Of a stretch of DNA of 52,643 nucleotides, positions 26,138 to 36,381 are shown one piece after another; the stretch's first letter is position 1; every line of letters begins with the position of its first letter. The translations under genes and the position numbers were made by a program. The stretch comes from a virus. Taxonomy: Duplodnaviria > Caudoviricetes. The stretch lies in the IMG/VR virus record IMGVR_UViG_3300012921_000070, positions 1-52,643 of that record. The stretch is one strand, 5' to 3'. The notes below the pieces were generated by a model, which was given only the letters and a program-made list of their open reading frames with translations, made no database searches and was not told where the DNA came from.

Positions 26138-26322
26138 ACAGCGCGCTCCGCTCCAAATCCGACCGCGACCGCATCCGCCAACGGGCCGGCGATGCGCGTC
26201 GGCTCGACAAGAGCGTCGCGGAAGTCGCACGCCGGGTGGTGCGGGAGCATCTAGAGCAGGGCAGGCCGGCGCAAGCGTGCATGGCCGATCTCGTCAACGC
26301 GGCGAAGGGAGGCCAGAAGTGA
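26134..26322 (+). CDS. Hypothetical protein
   Basis: GGAGG RBS, coupled. Confidence 0.55.
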   Translation: MNSALRSKSDRDRIRQRAGDARRLDKSVAEVARRVVREHLEQGRPAQACMADLVNAAKGGQK

Positions 26323-26762
26323 CCGATTCCCGCGTCGCCGCGCTGTGTGCCGAGTTCGGGGTCGAGATCATCCCGGCGCACCGCTATCCCGAGATCGGCC
26401 AGACCCGGGCCACCGAGACCATCGCGCGCATCATCCGCAAGCACGGCGAGGCCCATGCCCGTCTGGTCATGTCCTTCCTGACCGAGACGGCGAACAACAA
26501 GACGCTGCTGGACGAAACCGGCCTCTGGTGCATGTCGGACATGCTGCGGGCCTGTGGCGGGCTGCTGGAGCGCCGGGCCGGGGATCTGATGGAAACCTTC
26601 GACGCGATGCCGCTGGGGCCGCTGCAGGCCATGGCGCAGGGCCTGTCAGGCCATGTCCCGGTTCGCTATGCACTGGACGGCATGGTTTGGGAACGCATCG
26701 CCCGCCGGTTCGGCGATGACGCGGACCAGATGGATTTGCTGGACGACAGGAGGATGCCATGA
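26319..26762 (+). CDS. Conserved rhizobial phage protein
   Basis: GTG after GGAGG; GQTRA...HGEAHARLV...ETANNK. Confidence 0.65.
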   Translation: MTDSRVAALCAEFGVEIIPAHRYPEIGQTRATETIARIIRKHGEAHARLVMSFLTETANNKTLLDETGLWCMSDMLRACGGLLERRAGDLMETFDAMPLGPLQAMAQGLSGHVPVRYALDGMVWERIARRFGDDADQMDLLDDRRMP

Positions 26763-27448
26763 CCGAGCTCGAGATCGCCGAACGTCTGATCCGCGCCGCA
26801 GAGATCGAAGATCGGCTTCCCCGCGTCGGTCCCGGCAGCCTGAAGGCGCAGAAGCTTCCCTACGTCCATTCCGAGGCCGACATGCTCAATTGGGGCAAGC
26901 GCGTTGGGGAAAAGGACCAACTGCGCAAGGAAGACGCCGAGGCCCACGCGGCCCACCGTCGCGAATTCTGGGACCGCGTGTCCGTGTCGGCACGGGACGT
27001 ATCCGATGCGGAAGAGGCATGGGGCTGGCTCTCCATGGTCGAGAACGAGGCACAGCGCGCCGCACTCGCGGCATGGGCCGGCTGCATGGCCGACAACAAG
27101 CGCCGCTTCTTCAAGGACTGGTGCGCGAAGCAGGGCATCTCGGAAAAGACCGGGCGGAAGCGAAAAGACCGGGCCATCGCTCGAATTTATGCACATCTGG
27201 TTCGGAGCGATGTGCAGCATTGCGAGAACGGGGCAGGGGACGGGTTGCCCGATACCCCCGAAATCGAGCATGTTGCGGATACGATCGGCGCAGGTTGCAT
27301 AGATCGCTTCACGTGGCGCGATGACCCGGCATTCAAGCCGGTCGACCTCCCCGAAATCCGCAGCTTCGATTGGGCCGAGAAGCGCAACGCGCACCGCCGG
27401 AAGATGGCGGAGCGGAAGCGCAAGGCGGCGGAGAAGGTGGCGGCGTGA
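26759..27448 (+). CDS. Putative late transcription regulator
   Basis: Q-like position; HTH-like FKDWCAKQGISEKTGRKRKDRAI. Confidence 0.55.
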   Translation: MTELEIAERLIRAAEIEDRLPRVGPGSLKAQKLPYVHSEADMLNWGKRVGEKDQLRKEDAEAHAAHRREFWDRVSVSARDVSDAEEAWGWLSMVENEAQRAALAAWAGCMADNKRRFFKDWCAKQGISEKTGRKRKDRAIARIYAHLVRSDVQHCENGAGDGLPDTPEIEHVADTIGAGCIDRFTWRDDPAFKPVDLPEIRSFDWAEKRNAHRRKMAERKRKAAEKVAA

Positions 27449-27638
27449 GAGTGACTGACGCCAGGCTCCGAGAGTTGATCGCCTTCGCGAGGGATGAGGT
27501 GGCCCCTGTCGGCCCGCTTCACGCGATGTGGGATGTGATACACGACGCGGAAGCGCCACTTGATGGGCGCCGTGGAATAGTGGAAGATCGCGAGTGGCTG
27601 GTGAGCGAGTTGCTCGCCTTCCATGACAAGAGGCGACG

Positions 27639-27642
<4 letters not shown>
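27445..27642 (+). CDS. Hypothetical protein
   Basis: GTGA-coupled. Confidence 0.45.
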
Positions 27643-28006
<364 letters not shown>

Positions 28007-28030
28007 GTTCCGCGCTTCGGCGCACGAGAT

Positions 28031-28255
28031 GCGAGGCGAAGGCACCCGCGAGCGAACCCCGATAGGGCAGGTCGATGTCGGGAAAGGGTGCACCGGGCAA
28101 TCCCGCGAAAGGCTAGCCAAGCGGGGATCGGGTAGCGGTCACTGGCGGGCGTCGCAGCCGGAAGGCATAGGTCGGCGAAACGAATTCCCGAGCATCCGGA
28201 GGCAGACAGCTACGGCCAACCGACAGAGCCGGGGTCGCGCCCGGCTTCGCCTCGC
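28031..28255 (+). ncRNA. Candidate ornate pseudoknotted ncRNA
   Basis: 11-bp closing stem GCGAGGCGAAG/CTTCGCCTCGC, multiple internal stems and a long pseudoknot. Confidence 0.65.
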
Positions 28256-28280
28256 TCCCCGCGGCGCAATGCGCCAGAGA

Positions 28281-29042
28281 TCAGAGGTCCGTCAGCAATG
28301 CATGCAGATCTGATGACACTGCAACGTTGAGATTACCATAGGCGCCGCCACTTCCCCCGCCGATTGAGAGACTTGTGACGGAAAATGAGTGTTGGAGCCC
28401 CCGAGCGGATTGCAAGGCCTCAAGGCTTGGTCTGATGAGAACGTAGTCTCTCTCCGAGATCCCATTCATCGCTATGGTGACGCCAGGGGGATTCGTGAGA
28501 ATGTGGCTCACAACATTTGGACTCGTAGATTTCAGAGTTAGCGCAGCTTCTGCTAGTCTCAGCCGGACGATGTAGGGCGCTTCGAAAACCTTCACCTTTG
28601 CAGCAAGGGCGGACGCATCCACGTCGGGCAGGGAAGAGCCGAGCTGCTTGGCTATCAGCTGAAATATCTGTTCAATTTTGGTTGGGTCATGCGCTTCAAG
28701 GCCTTGCAACAAGCTCATCGGTAGCGGGAGATCAACTGGCCGAAGACCGGAGTGGCATATAGGGGCAACTTCAATGTTCCGCGCCCACCCCGCACCTGCT
28801 TCGAAATTTATCCACGGCCGTTTGATGCTGGCCGGGCTGCAAAGCAAGAGCATCGCCTTACAAGACCTGAGGCCCCTGGTAACGCTGTCCAGCCAATTTT
28901 GTCCTAACGGGATGCTCTGAGCGTCCGATGAAACGAAGACATCGACCAATCCCAAGAAGGTTTTCTCGATTTGCTCCTTGAAGAGCACTGCCAGCGCGCG
29001 TTCTTCGGAGATGTGGCTGAGAAAGATCGTTGGCTTCGACAT
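28281..29042 (-). CDS. TIR-domain protein (moron)
   Basis: IFLSH, VFVSSD, G..W, SPASIKRPWINFEAG catalytic Glu; lower GC; counter-oriented. Confidence 0.88.
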   Translation of the reverse strand: MSKPTIFLSHISEERALAVLFKEQIEKTFLGLVDVFVSSDAQSIPLGQNWLDSVTRGLRSCKAMLLLCSPASIKRPWINFEAGAGWARNIEVAPICHSGLRPVDLPLPMSLLQGLEAHDPTKIEQIFQLIAKQLGSSLPDVDASALAAKVKVFEAPYIVRLRLAEAALTLKSTSPNVVSHILTNPPGVTIAMNGISERDYVLIRPSLEALQSARGLQHSFSVTSLSIGGGSGGAYGNLNVAVSSDLHALLTDL

Positions 29043-29089
29043 TGCTAATATTGCCCTTGGAAACTGAATTAATTCAAAGGTAATCAAAC

Positions 29090-29470
29090 GTGGCGCGTGG
29101 TGGCAAGAGGACAGGGGCAGGGCGGCCCAAGGGGGCGGCTACACGCCGGACGCGGGCAATCGCGGACAAGGCTACCGAGGAAGGCTTGACGCCGCTGGAG
29201 GTCATGCTGAAGGCGATGCGAGTCCACGCCAAAGCCGACCGGTGGGATGAGGCTGCCAGCATCGCGAAGGATGCCGCGCCGTATATGCACCCGCGTCTAG
29301 CTTCGATGCAGCACACCGGCCGCAACGGCGGCCCGATCCAGACAATGGATGTCTCAAATTTAACCGATGAACAGCTTGCAGCCCTCTACGCCGCGCTCGG
29401 TGGCGCTCCCGATTTCACGGGAGGAGCTGAGGCAGCAGGTGGCGGCGGAGATATCGAGACGAACGGCTAA
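29090..29470 (+). CDS. terS: Terminase small subunit
   Basis: RGGKRTGAGRPKG, TPLEVML, AAPYMHPRL; precedes terL. Confidence 0.75.
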   Translation: MARGGKRTGAGRPKGAATRRTRAIADKATEEGLTPLEVMLKAMRVHAKADRWDEAASIAKDAAPYMHPRLASMQHTGRNGGPIQTMDVSNLTDEQLAALYAALGGAPDFTGGAEAAGGGGDIETNG

Positions 29471-31028
29471 GGCTCAGGCCGGCGGATGGGAGGTCGAGCG
29501 CCAACGCTGCGCAACGGACATCATCTACTGGTTCGACAAGTGGGTGATGACCTACGACCCGCGCCTGGTGGGCAAACCCGGCGGAGCGTTCGTCCCGTTC
29601 AAGCTGTGGCCGAAGCAGCGCGAGGTGGTGCTGTGGCTCCTCGACCGCATCAGGGCCTCTGAGGAGGGTCTGGTCGAGAAAAGCCGCGACGTTGGTATCA
29701 CCTACCTATGCGCTGGGGTGGCGCTGCATCAGTGGTTGTTCGAGCCGGGCTTTAAGGCCACGTTCGGCAGCCGCAAGGTCGATTACGTCGACAAGAAGGA
29801 CAACCCGGACAGCATCTTCGCCAAGCTGCGCATCATGCTGGCGAGGCTGCCGGCCGAGATGCTGCCCAAGGGCTTTTCCTGGGGCCAGCACGACAACTAC
29901 ATGCGCATCGTCAACCCGGAGACCGGGTCAATCATCTCGGGCGAGGGTGGCGAGGACATGGGCCGCGGCGGCCGATCGTCCCTCTATGTCGTGGACGAGG
30001 CGGCATTCGTGCCTAATGCTGAGACGGTTGAGAAGGCGCTGTCCGGCAACACTGACTGCGTGATCTGGGTATCCTCGGTGAATGGCATGGGCAACCTGTT
30101 CGCCCGCAAGCGCCATTCGATCCTGAAGCCGCATCAGATCGCGCGCATCCACTGGCGCGACGACCCGCGCAAGACCGAGGAATGGGCGGCCGCGAAGCAG
30201 GCCAGCTTTTCCGACCCGACGACATGGGCGTCGGAATACGACATCGACTACACCGCGTCGGTCGAAGGCATCTGCATCCCGGCCGCATGGGTAGAGAGCG
30301 CCAAACGGCTGCAGGAACTTGAGCCAAGGCTGAAGCCGTCGAATGCTGGCGTGGTCGGTCTTGACGTCGGCGCTGGCAAGGCGAAGTCGGTGGCGATCCC
30401 GCGCAAGGGACCGGTGGTCGAGCGACCGCAGGCTCGTGGCAACCCCGATACGATCGGAACCGCGTGGTGGGGCCTGGAGACGGCGCTTGAGACCGGGTGC
30501 GACGGGCTGAACTTCGATGCGCCTGGCGTGGGAGCCGGCGTATCGTCGGCGCTGATGCATCGTGATGATGACGAGGCGCAGGCGAAGCGGTTCGCGCATC
30601 TGTCGGTGACGCCGGTGAACACCGGCCTGCCGCCGTCCGAAACGAGGATATGGCCTGACGGCCGCACCTCGGAAGAGATGTTCGGCAACCTCAAGGCGGA
30701 GGTCTGGTGGCTCTGCCGCACAGCCCTGCAGCGCACGCACGAGCATGTGCTGTGGCTGCTCGGAAAAGAGAATGGGAAGGAGCATTCCGTCGTGGACCTG
30801 CTGGCGCTGCCCAGCGGCGACAAGGAAAGCGACGCGCTCTGCCTCCAACTCTCGCTGGTCAAGTGGGGGCGCAACGACCGCGGCAAGATCGTGATCGAAC
30901 GCAAGGAAGCCTTGGCGAAGCGAGGCATATCGAGCCCGGATCATGCCGACGCCCTAATGCTTACCTTCGTTGATCCGCCGGCGCCGCCATCGGTCGCCAT
31001 GTTCCTGATGAAGAGGCACAGATCATGA
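29367..31028 (+). CDS. terL: Terminase large subunit
   Basis: LWPKQ, EKSRDVG, GRGGR..VVDEAAF, GLDVGAG, SPDHADA; exact start uncertain. Confidence 0.92.
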   Translation: MNSLQPSTPRSVALPISREELRQQVAAEISRRTAKAQAGGWEVERQRCATDIIYWFDKWVMTYDPRLVGKPGGAFVPFKLWPKQREVVLWLLDRIRASEEGLVEKSRDVGITYLCAGVALHQWLFEPGFKATFGSRKVDYVDKKDNPDSIFAKLRIMLARLPAEMLPKGFSWGQHDNYMRIVNPETGSIISGEGGEDMGRGGRSSLYVVDEAAFVPNAETVEKALSGNTDCVIWVSSVNGMGNLFARKRHSILKPHQIARIHWRDDPRKTEEWAAAKQASFSDPTTWASEYDIDYTASVEGICIPAAWVESAKRLQELEPRLKPSNAGVVGLDVGAGKAKSVAIPRKGPVVERPQARGNPDTIGTAWWGLETALETGCDGLNFDAPGVGAGVSSALMHRDDDEAQAKRFAHLSVTPVNTGLPPSETRIWPDGRTSEEMFGNLKAEVWWLCRTALQRTHEHVLWLLGKENGKEHSVVDLLALPSGDKESDALCLQLSLVKWGRNDRGKIVIERKEALAKRGISSPDHADALMLTFVDPPAPPSVAMFLMKRHRS

Positions 31029-32398
31029 CCAGCCTGCGCCTCATCGTGAATGAGGGCTACCGGCGCCTGGACCGCATGTTCCCAGGCTTCTTCGGCACGC
31101 CGAAGCATGACCACTACAAGGACTTCGGCTACCCGGCGGAGCTGACCTTTGACCAGCTCTACCGCATCTACCGGCGAAACGGGCTGGCCCATGCCGCGGT
31201 GTCCAAGACGATCGACAAGACATGGCAGGATCTACCGTTCCTCCTCGAGAAGGAGCGCGACGGCAGCGAGGGCGAGGGCAAGGAAGAGACGACGCTGGAG
31301 CGCGAAATCCGCCAGCGCTTCGACGATCTCCGCCTATGGATGCGCCTCGCCGAGGCCGACCGGCGTGCGATGGTCGGAAAGTATGCCGGCGCGATCCTGC
31401 GCCTCGCCGACGGCAAGCGGTTCGCCGAACCGGTTGATCGGGTGCCGGGCGGTCTCGATGGCCTGGTCGAGGTTGTTGCGGCCTGGGAAGGGCAGCTGAC
31501 CGTCTCTGAGTGGGACACCGTAGAGACCTCGCCCACCTATGGCGAGCCGAAGATGTTCCAGTTCAACGAGGCGGCAGTCGGCGAAACGACCAATCCGAGG
31601 TCGTTCAACGTCCATCCCGACAGGGTGCTGATCTGGTCCCTCGACGGCACGGTGCACGGTCATTCGGCACTGGAGCCGGGCTACAACGATCTGATCGACA
31701 TGGAGAAGATCAAGGGAGCCGGCGGCGAGGGCTTCTGGAAGAACGCCAAGTCCGCCCCCGTGCTGGAGGTCGACAAGGAAGCGAACATCTCCACCATGGC
31801 GAAGGTCATGGGCGTGCCGGAGAGCGAGATCGTCGACAAGATGAACGAGCAGGTCGCTGACTGGCAGAAGGGGTTCGACCAACTCCTGATGATCCAGGGC
31901 ATCCAGGCCAAGACCCTCGGCATCACGCTGCCCAGCCCGGAGCATTTCTTCGCTGCGCCGCTGCAGTCCTTCGCCGCCTCGATGCGCATGCCGACCAAGA
32001 TCCTCGTCGGCATGCAGACCGGTGAACGGGCCAGCACCGAGGATGCCCAGGAATGGGCGCAGACCAACATGTCGCGCCGGGACGGGCATGTGATCCCGAA
32101 CATCATGATGCTGGTGCGCCGGCTGGAGCGCTTCGGCATCCTGCCGGAGAAGGACTGGTTTCTCGACTGGACCGACCTGACCGAGACGTCCATGGGCGAG
32201 AAGATCGACCGCACCGTCAAGATGGCGGAGGTCAACGCCAAGATGCAGACGAGCGGCGAGTGGGTGTTCACGCCGGAGGAAATCCGCGCCGCGGCCGACT
32301 ACGAGCCGCTGAGCGACGCGGACAAGTATCGCGACGATCCCGACGACGATGAGACGGACGCCGCCACGACGCCACCGGCGCGGCGCGCAGCCGCCTAG
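31025..32398 (+). CDS. Portal protein (DUF1073-like)
   Basis: Follows terL; DFGYP, YRRNGLA, ERASTED. Confidence 0.88.
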   Translation: MTSLRLIVNEGYRRLDRMFPGFFGTPKHDHYKDFGYPAELTFDQLYRIYRRNGLAHAAVSKTIDKTWQDLPFLLEKERDGSEGEGKEETTLEREIRQRFDDLRLWMRLAEADRRAMVGKYAGAILRLADGKRFAEPVDRVPGGLDGLVEVVAAWEGQLTVSEWDTVETSPTYGEPKMFQFNEAAVGETTNPRSFNVHPDRVLIWSLDGTVHGHSALEPGYNDLIDMEKIKGAGGEGFWKNAKSAPVLEVDKEANISTMAKVMGVPESEIVDKMNEQVADWQKGFDQLLMIQGIQAKTLGITLPSPEHFFAAPLQSFAASMRMPTKILVGMQTGERASTEDAQEWAQTNMSRRDGHVIPNIMMLVRRLERFGILPEKDWFLDWTDLTETSMGEKIDRTVKMAEVNAKMQTSGEWVFTPEEIRAAADYEPLSDADKYRDDPDDDETDAATTPPARRAAA

Positions 32399-32413
32399 CA
32401 CTGGAGATCAGAC

Positions 32414-33544
32414 ATGCCGAAACCCGTGCGGGTCAACATCCGCTCGGTCGCCAACACGCGCGCCGTCCGCAGAGAAAAGCGGAACAGCCGCGATGTGGTG
32501 ATCGTGCCGGCCGCGACGCTCCCCGACGGGATCGTGATGAACGACATCATGTATCCCGCCGACGAGATCGAGAAGAGCTACATCGGCTTGAACCGGACCC
32601 CGGCGCCGCTCGGTCATCCGACCATCAACGGCAAGTTCGTTTCGGCCCGCGACCCGGAAGGCATCAACATCGGTTGGATCGGGGCGTGGAACGAGAACCT
32701 GCGCCGAGAGAACGGCCGCGTGCTGCTCGACAAGGTGATCGACGTCGAGATGGCGAACCGCTCCGAGGGCGGCAAGGCGGTCCTGGCGGCGATCGAGAAG
32801 GGCGAGCCGGTCCATACCTCGACCGGGCTCTACTGCAACCTGGAGGCCGCCAACGGCGATGTCTCCTACAAGCACATCGCTCGCAACATCGAGTTCGACC
32901 ACGACGCCATCCTGCTTGACCAGGACGGTGCTGCCACGCCTGCCCAGGGCGTCGGCATGATGGTCAACGCGAAGGGCGAAGAGGAAGAGATCGAGGTCAT
33001 CAACTCGTTCATCGAGGATGCTGACCGCGAGATGGATTGGGCGGTGGAAAGCCTCGCCCGAGCTCTGGAGCGGAAGCGCAAGGCCTCCGTGATGGAGCGA
33101 ATGAAGACCGCGATCATGGAGGCCATTGGCCTTTCCGAGCGGGAAACCTCCACAAACACGAAGGAGACTGCCATGCCCGTCACCGACGAGCAGTTCAAGG
33201 CGCTTTCCGATGAGGTCAAGACCCTCTCGGACGCGCTCAAGCCCGATGCGCTGGCGACGGCCATCGGTAATGCGGTCGCGGCCGCCGTGAAGCCGCTGAC
33301 CGACTCCCATGCGGAGATGGTCGCAAACCAGAAGGCGAAGGACGAAGCCGAGCAGGCCGATCTCGTCGCCAAGGTGGTCAAGGCGAACCTCCTCGACGAG
33401 GAGACGGCCAAGGCCACGCCGCTGAACACGCTGCGCAAGCTTGCCGAGAAGGCCAAGCCCGGCACGGCGGCCCCGCTCAACGGCGCGTTCAACCAGGGCG
33501 GCGGCGAGAAGCCCGGCTTCAAGCTGCCCAAGGCGGAGGGCTGA
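32414..33544 (+). CDS. Prohead protease/scaffold
   Basis: APLGHP, HTSTG, FDHDAIL..GAATP; Ala/Lys-rich scaffold tail. Confidence 0.8.
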   Translation: MPKPVRVNIRSVANTRAVRREKRNSRDVVIVPAATLPDGIVMNDIMYPADEIEKSYIGLNRTPAPLGHPTINGKFVSARDPEGINIGWIGAWNENLRRENGRVLLDKVIDVEMANRSEGGKAVLAAIEKGEPVHTSTGLYCNLEAANGDVSYKHIARNIEFDHDAILLDQDGAATPAQGVGMMVNAKGEEEEIEVINSFIEDADREMDWAVESLARALERKRKASVMERMKTAIMEAIGLSERETSTNTKETAMPVTDEQFKALSDEVKTLSDALKPDALATAIGNAVAAAVKPLTDSHAEMVANQKAKDEAEQADLVAKVVKANLLDEETAKATPLNTLRKLAEKAKPGTAAPLNGAFNQGGGEKPGFKLPKAEG

Positions 33545-33548
33545 GACC

Positions 33549-34007
33549 ATGGCTCGCTACAACAAGATCTTCCTGGGTCCGGTCGAAAAGACCAAGCCGC
33601 AGGTGAAGGAACTGATCGGCGACGTTGCCCTCAAGCCGGGCCGCCTCGTCGCTATCAGCTCCGGCAAGTGGGCTCTCGCCGGCGCGACTACCGTCGGCAA
33701 GGTCTGGCTTGTCCAGGACAACTACCTGGCGCTCAAGGGCGTCGATGACGACTGGCCGGACGAGGATCGCGTCGTCGCGATCGAGATGATGCCGGACGAG
33801 CTTTACGCCGCCCGCATCGCCAACGGCGTGAACATCACGGCGATCGGCACCGCTCTGACGCCGGGTGCCAACGGCACGCTGGCCATCGCATCCACCTCGG
33901 ACCTCATCGTGGCCTATGCCGACGAGGTCTACAACAACAACTCCGGCTCCGAGCAGCTGCTGAAAATCCGTCCCGCGGGTCTCAGCTACCTGTCGGCCGC
34001 GTCGTAA
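33549..34007 (+). CDS. Head decoration protein
   Basis: Between scaffold and capsid; 152 aa beta-rich. Confidence 0.65.
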   Translation: MARYNKIFLGPVEKTKPQVKELIGDVALKPGRLVAISSGKWALAGATTVGKVWLVQDNYLALKGVDDDWPDEDRVVAIEMMPDELYAARIANGVNITAIGTALTPGANGTLAIASTSDLIVAYADEVYNNNSGSEQLLKIRPAGLSYLSAAS

Positions 34008-34019
34008 GGAGAAAGCGAC

Positions 34020-35084
34020 ATGCGCTATTTCGACGAACAGCTGGTCGCCAACTCCCGGCCGCACGCGGCTTGGTGGGGCGAACTCTCGGTGGCCCGAGAG
34101 CACTTCCATCGGGTGGAGGAATCTCACGCATCGCTCATGGGGGAACTCATGGGCAACGCGGCGTCGATCCTGCCGCGCGACGCGTGGCTCGATCTCGACG
34201 GCATTACCCGCCGGGTGATGCGCAACGACGAAGGCCAGGTCTACATGGCGGACCTGATGCCGCTCGCGAAGGCGGTGAACATCGGCAAGCTGGTCCACAT
34301 GACCCGCGTGTCGAGCGACGCCGGCTCGGTCGTGCGGTCCATGTCCGGCCAGGTGCCGGTGACCATGGACAAGGTCACCTACGACTACCGCGGCGTGCCG
34401 GTGCCGATCTTCCAGGCCGCCTACGGACGCGAATGGCGCGAGTGGAACACCCTGCAGTCCGAGAACTTCGACGCACTCTCGGATGACCAGGAAGCCCACA
34501 CCGCCAAGATCCGGCGCGACATGGCGCAGTATGTCCTCGACGGCGACAGCACGATCGTCTTCCAGGGCTATACCGGCACTGGCATCCGCACCTCGTCCCT
34601 GTCCAAGGTTCTGAACCTCGGATCGGCGGGCGGCGGCGCCAACATCGACCTGACCGCGACCGGCACCACGTCGGATGCGATCGACACGTTCTTCACCCAG
34701 ACCATGGGTGCGATGCTCGACGCCAACCTGATCACCGGCAAGGTGAACCTGTATGTGTCGCCGGAGATCGGGCGGAACCTGGACCGGTCCTATTCGGGCT
34801 CGTCCGGCTTCAAGGGCGGGACGCTCCTGTCCTACCTGCTCACCAACCGCCGCATCAACAAGATCGCGGTGACCTACGAGCTCAGCGGAAACGCGTTCTT
34901 CGGCTTCGTGCCGAACAGCGACTACATCCGCCCGCTCGTCGGCATGGCGGTGAACACCACGGCGATGACCCGCCTCAACCCGACCGACAACTACCAGTTC
35001 CTGGTCATGGGCGCGATGGGTCTGGAAATCCGGGCAGACTTCAGCGGCAAGTCGGGCGTGTTCTACACCACCGACATCGACTGA
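34020..35084 (+). CDS. Major capsid protein
   Basis: 354 aa, strong RBS, highly biased codons, position. Confidence 0.88.
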   Translation: MRYFDEQLVANSRPHAAWWGELSVAREHFHRVEESHASLMGELMGNAASILPRDAWLDLDGITRRVMRNDEGQVYMADLMPLAKAVNIGKLVHMTRVSSDAGSVVRSMSGQVPVTMDKVTYDYRGVPVPIFQAAYGREWREWNTLQSENFDALSDDQEAHTAKIRRDMAQYVLDGDSTIVFQGYTGTGIRTSSLSKVLNLGSAGGGANIDLTATGTTSDAIDTFFTQTMGAMLDANLITGKVNLYVSPEIGRNLDRSYSGSSGFKGGTLLSYLLTNRRINKIAVTYELSGNAFFGFVPNSDYIRPLVGMAVNTTAMTRLNPTDNYQFLVMGAMGLEIRADFSGKSGVFYTTDID

Positions 35085-35172
35085 TCAGACATCGCGAGAT
35101 GGTCTCTGAGACGGGTCGGCCCAGCGTCGGCCCGTTCGGTGAGCCCATGGACCGAACCGAAAGGACAGGACA

Positions 35173-35493
35173 ATGAAGATCAAGATCACGAAGCCCGGCA
35201 TCTTCAACGCCAAGGGCGAGGAAGTTGCAGTTGGGACCGAACTCGACGTGAAGTCGGAGCCGACGGCATGGGCGGGCCGCTACGAGACCATCTCCGGCGG
35301 CGGCAAGGGCAAGGTGGCGATGACCAATCCGGCGGCTGTCGGCCTCAAGGCTGTCCATCACGGCGGCGGCAAGTTCAACATCGTCGACGGCGACACCGTG
35401 CTCATCTCCGGCCTGCCCAAGGCCGACGCCGACGCGTTCAACGCGATGTCGGACGAGGACAAGAAGGCCTACGTCGAGGCGAGCAAAGGCTGA
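35173..35493 (+). CDS. Hypothetical virion-associated protein
   Basis: Post-capsid position, AGGA RBS. Confidence 0.6.
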   Translation: MKIKITKPGIFNAKGEEVAVGTELDVKSEPTAWAGRYETISGGGKGKVAMTNPAAVGLKAVHHGGGKFNIVDGDTVLISGLPKADADAFNAMSDEDKKAYVEASKG

Positions 35494-35496
35494 TCC

Positions 35497-36015
35497 ATGG
35501 CCGGCTACGGCGGGGATAGCGCCATTGCGGCGTGGATGGAGGCCAATGGCTACAGCCTGCCCGAGGGCGCTCCATCTCTCGCCGTGCTGCGCCAGAGGGG
35601 CAGCGTCTACATCGACGCCACCTATGGCCCGCGTTTCAAGGGGCAGGCGACCGGTGGCTATGCGCAGGAGCGCGCCTGGCCGCGGACCGGTGCTGTGGTC
35701 GGTGGGTCGACCATCCCCGACGACGTGGTGCCGGTAGCGGTCGAGCATGCCTCCTACCGCGCTGCATATCAGGAGGCCATCGCACCCGGCAGCCTGACAT
35801 CGATCGGTTCTGCCGCCGGCGTGGTGAAGCGTGAGCGCGTCGAGGGCGCGGTCGAGATGGAATATTTCGAGGCGAAGCAGCAGGATGGCCAGCCCTACGA
35901 CCCGCTGGCACCGTCGACCGCAACGCCCACAATCGCCGAGATTGATGGCATGCTGGCACCGTATCTCGTCCTGCCGATGGCGGGCCTTGGCGTCTGGTCC
36001 GTGGGCTGCGGATGA
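35497..36015 (+). CDS. Head-tail adaptor (DnaT-like family)
   Basis: YID...FKG...QERAWPRTG...IP..V; VKRERVEGAVEMEY. Confidence 0.75.
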   Translation: MAGYGGDSAIAAWMEANGYSLPEGAPSLAVLRQRGSVYIDATYGPRFKGQATGGYAQERAWPRTGAVVGGSTIPDDVVPVAVEHASYRAAYQEAIAPGSLTSIGSAAGVVKRERVEGAVEMEYFEAKQQDGQPYDPLAPSTATPTIAEIDGMLAPYLVLPMAGLGVWSVGCG

Positions 36016-36380
36016 CCGGATTCGACTATGGCCGGATGCAGGGCACCGCGACGCGGCTGCTCGACCGGTTCGCACAGGGCACCGTCTCGCTGAAGCGCGT
36101 CACCACGGCCGCGCCCGACCCGGAGACGCCCTGGATACCAGGTGCAGAAACGGTCACGACCTATCCGCTCTCCGCCGCGGTCAAGCGCCTTCATCAGCGC
36201 TATGAGAACGGTGTCCTGATCATCCAGACCGGCGACATGGTGACGTTCGCGGTGCCGGAAGTGGTGCCGCTGATCACCGATCTCCTCGTCATCGACGGGG
36301 TGGAGCGGGTGATTACGAACCTGACGCCAGTGCCTGGGGCAGGGGTGACTGTGGCTTGGAAAGCCTGGTGCGCGCTGTAG
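36012..36380 (+). CDS. Head closure/stopper protein
   Basis: FDYGRMQGTATRLL; position. Confidence 0.65.
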   Translation: MTGFDYGRMQGTATRLLDRFAQGTVSLKRVTTAAPDPETPWIPGAETVTTYPLSAAVKRLHQRYENGVLIIQTGDMVTFAVPEVVPLITDLLVIDGVERVITNLTPVPGAGVTVAWKAWCAL

Positions 36381-36381
36381 C

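Noticed and set aside
28226-28248. GAGCCG...CGGCTTC resembling group II intron domain V
   Set aside because: Too short; no bulge, domain VI, GUGYG start or RT gene
31025-32398. Possible anti-CBASS Acb1 label
   Set aside because: DUF1073 proteins often receive that name, but size and position after terL indicate portal
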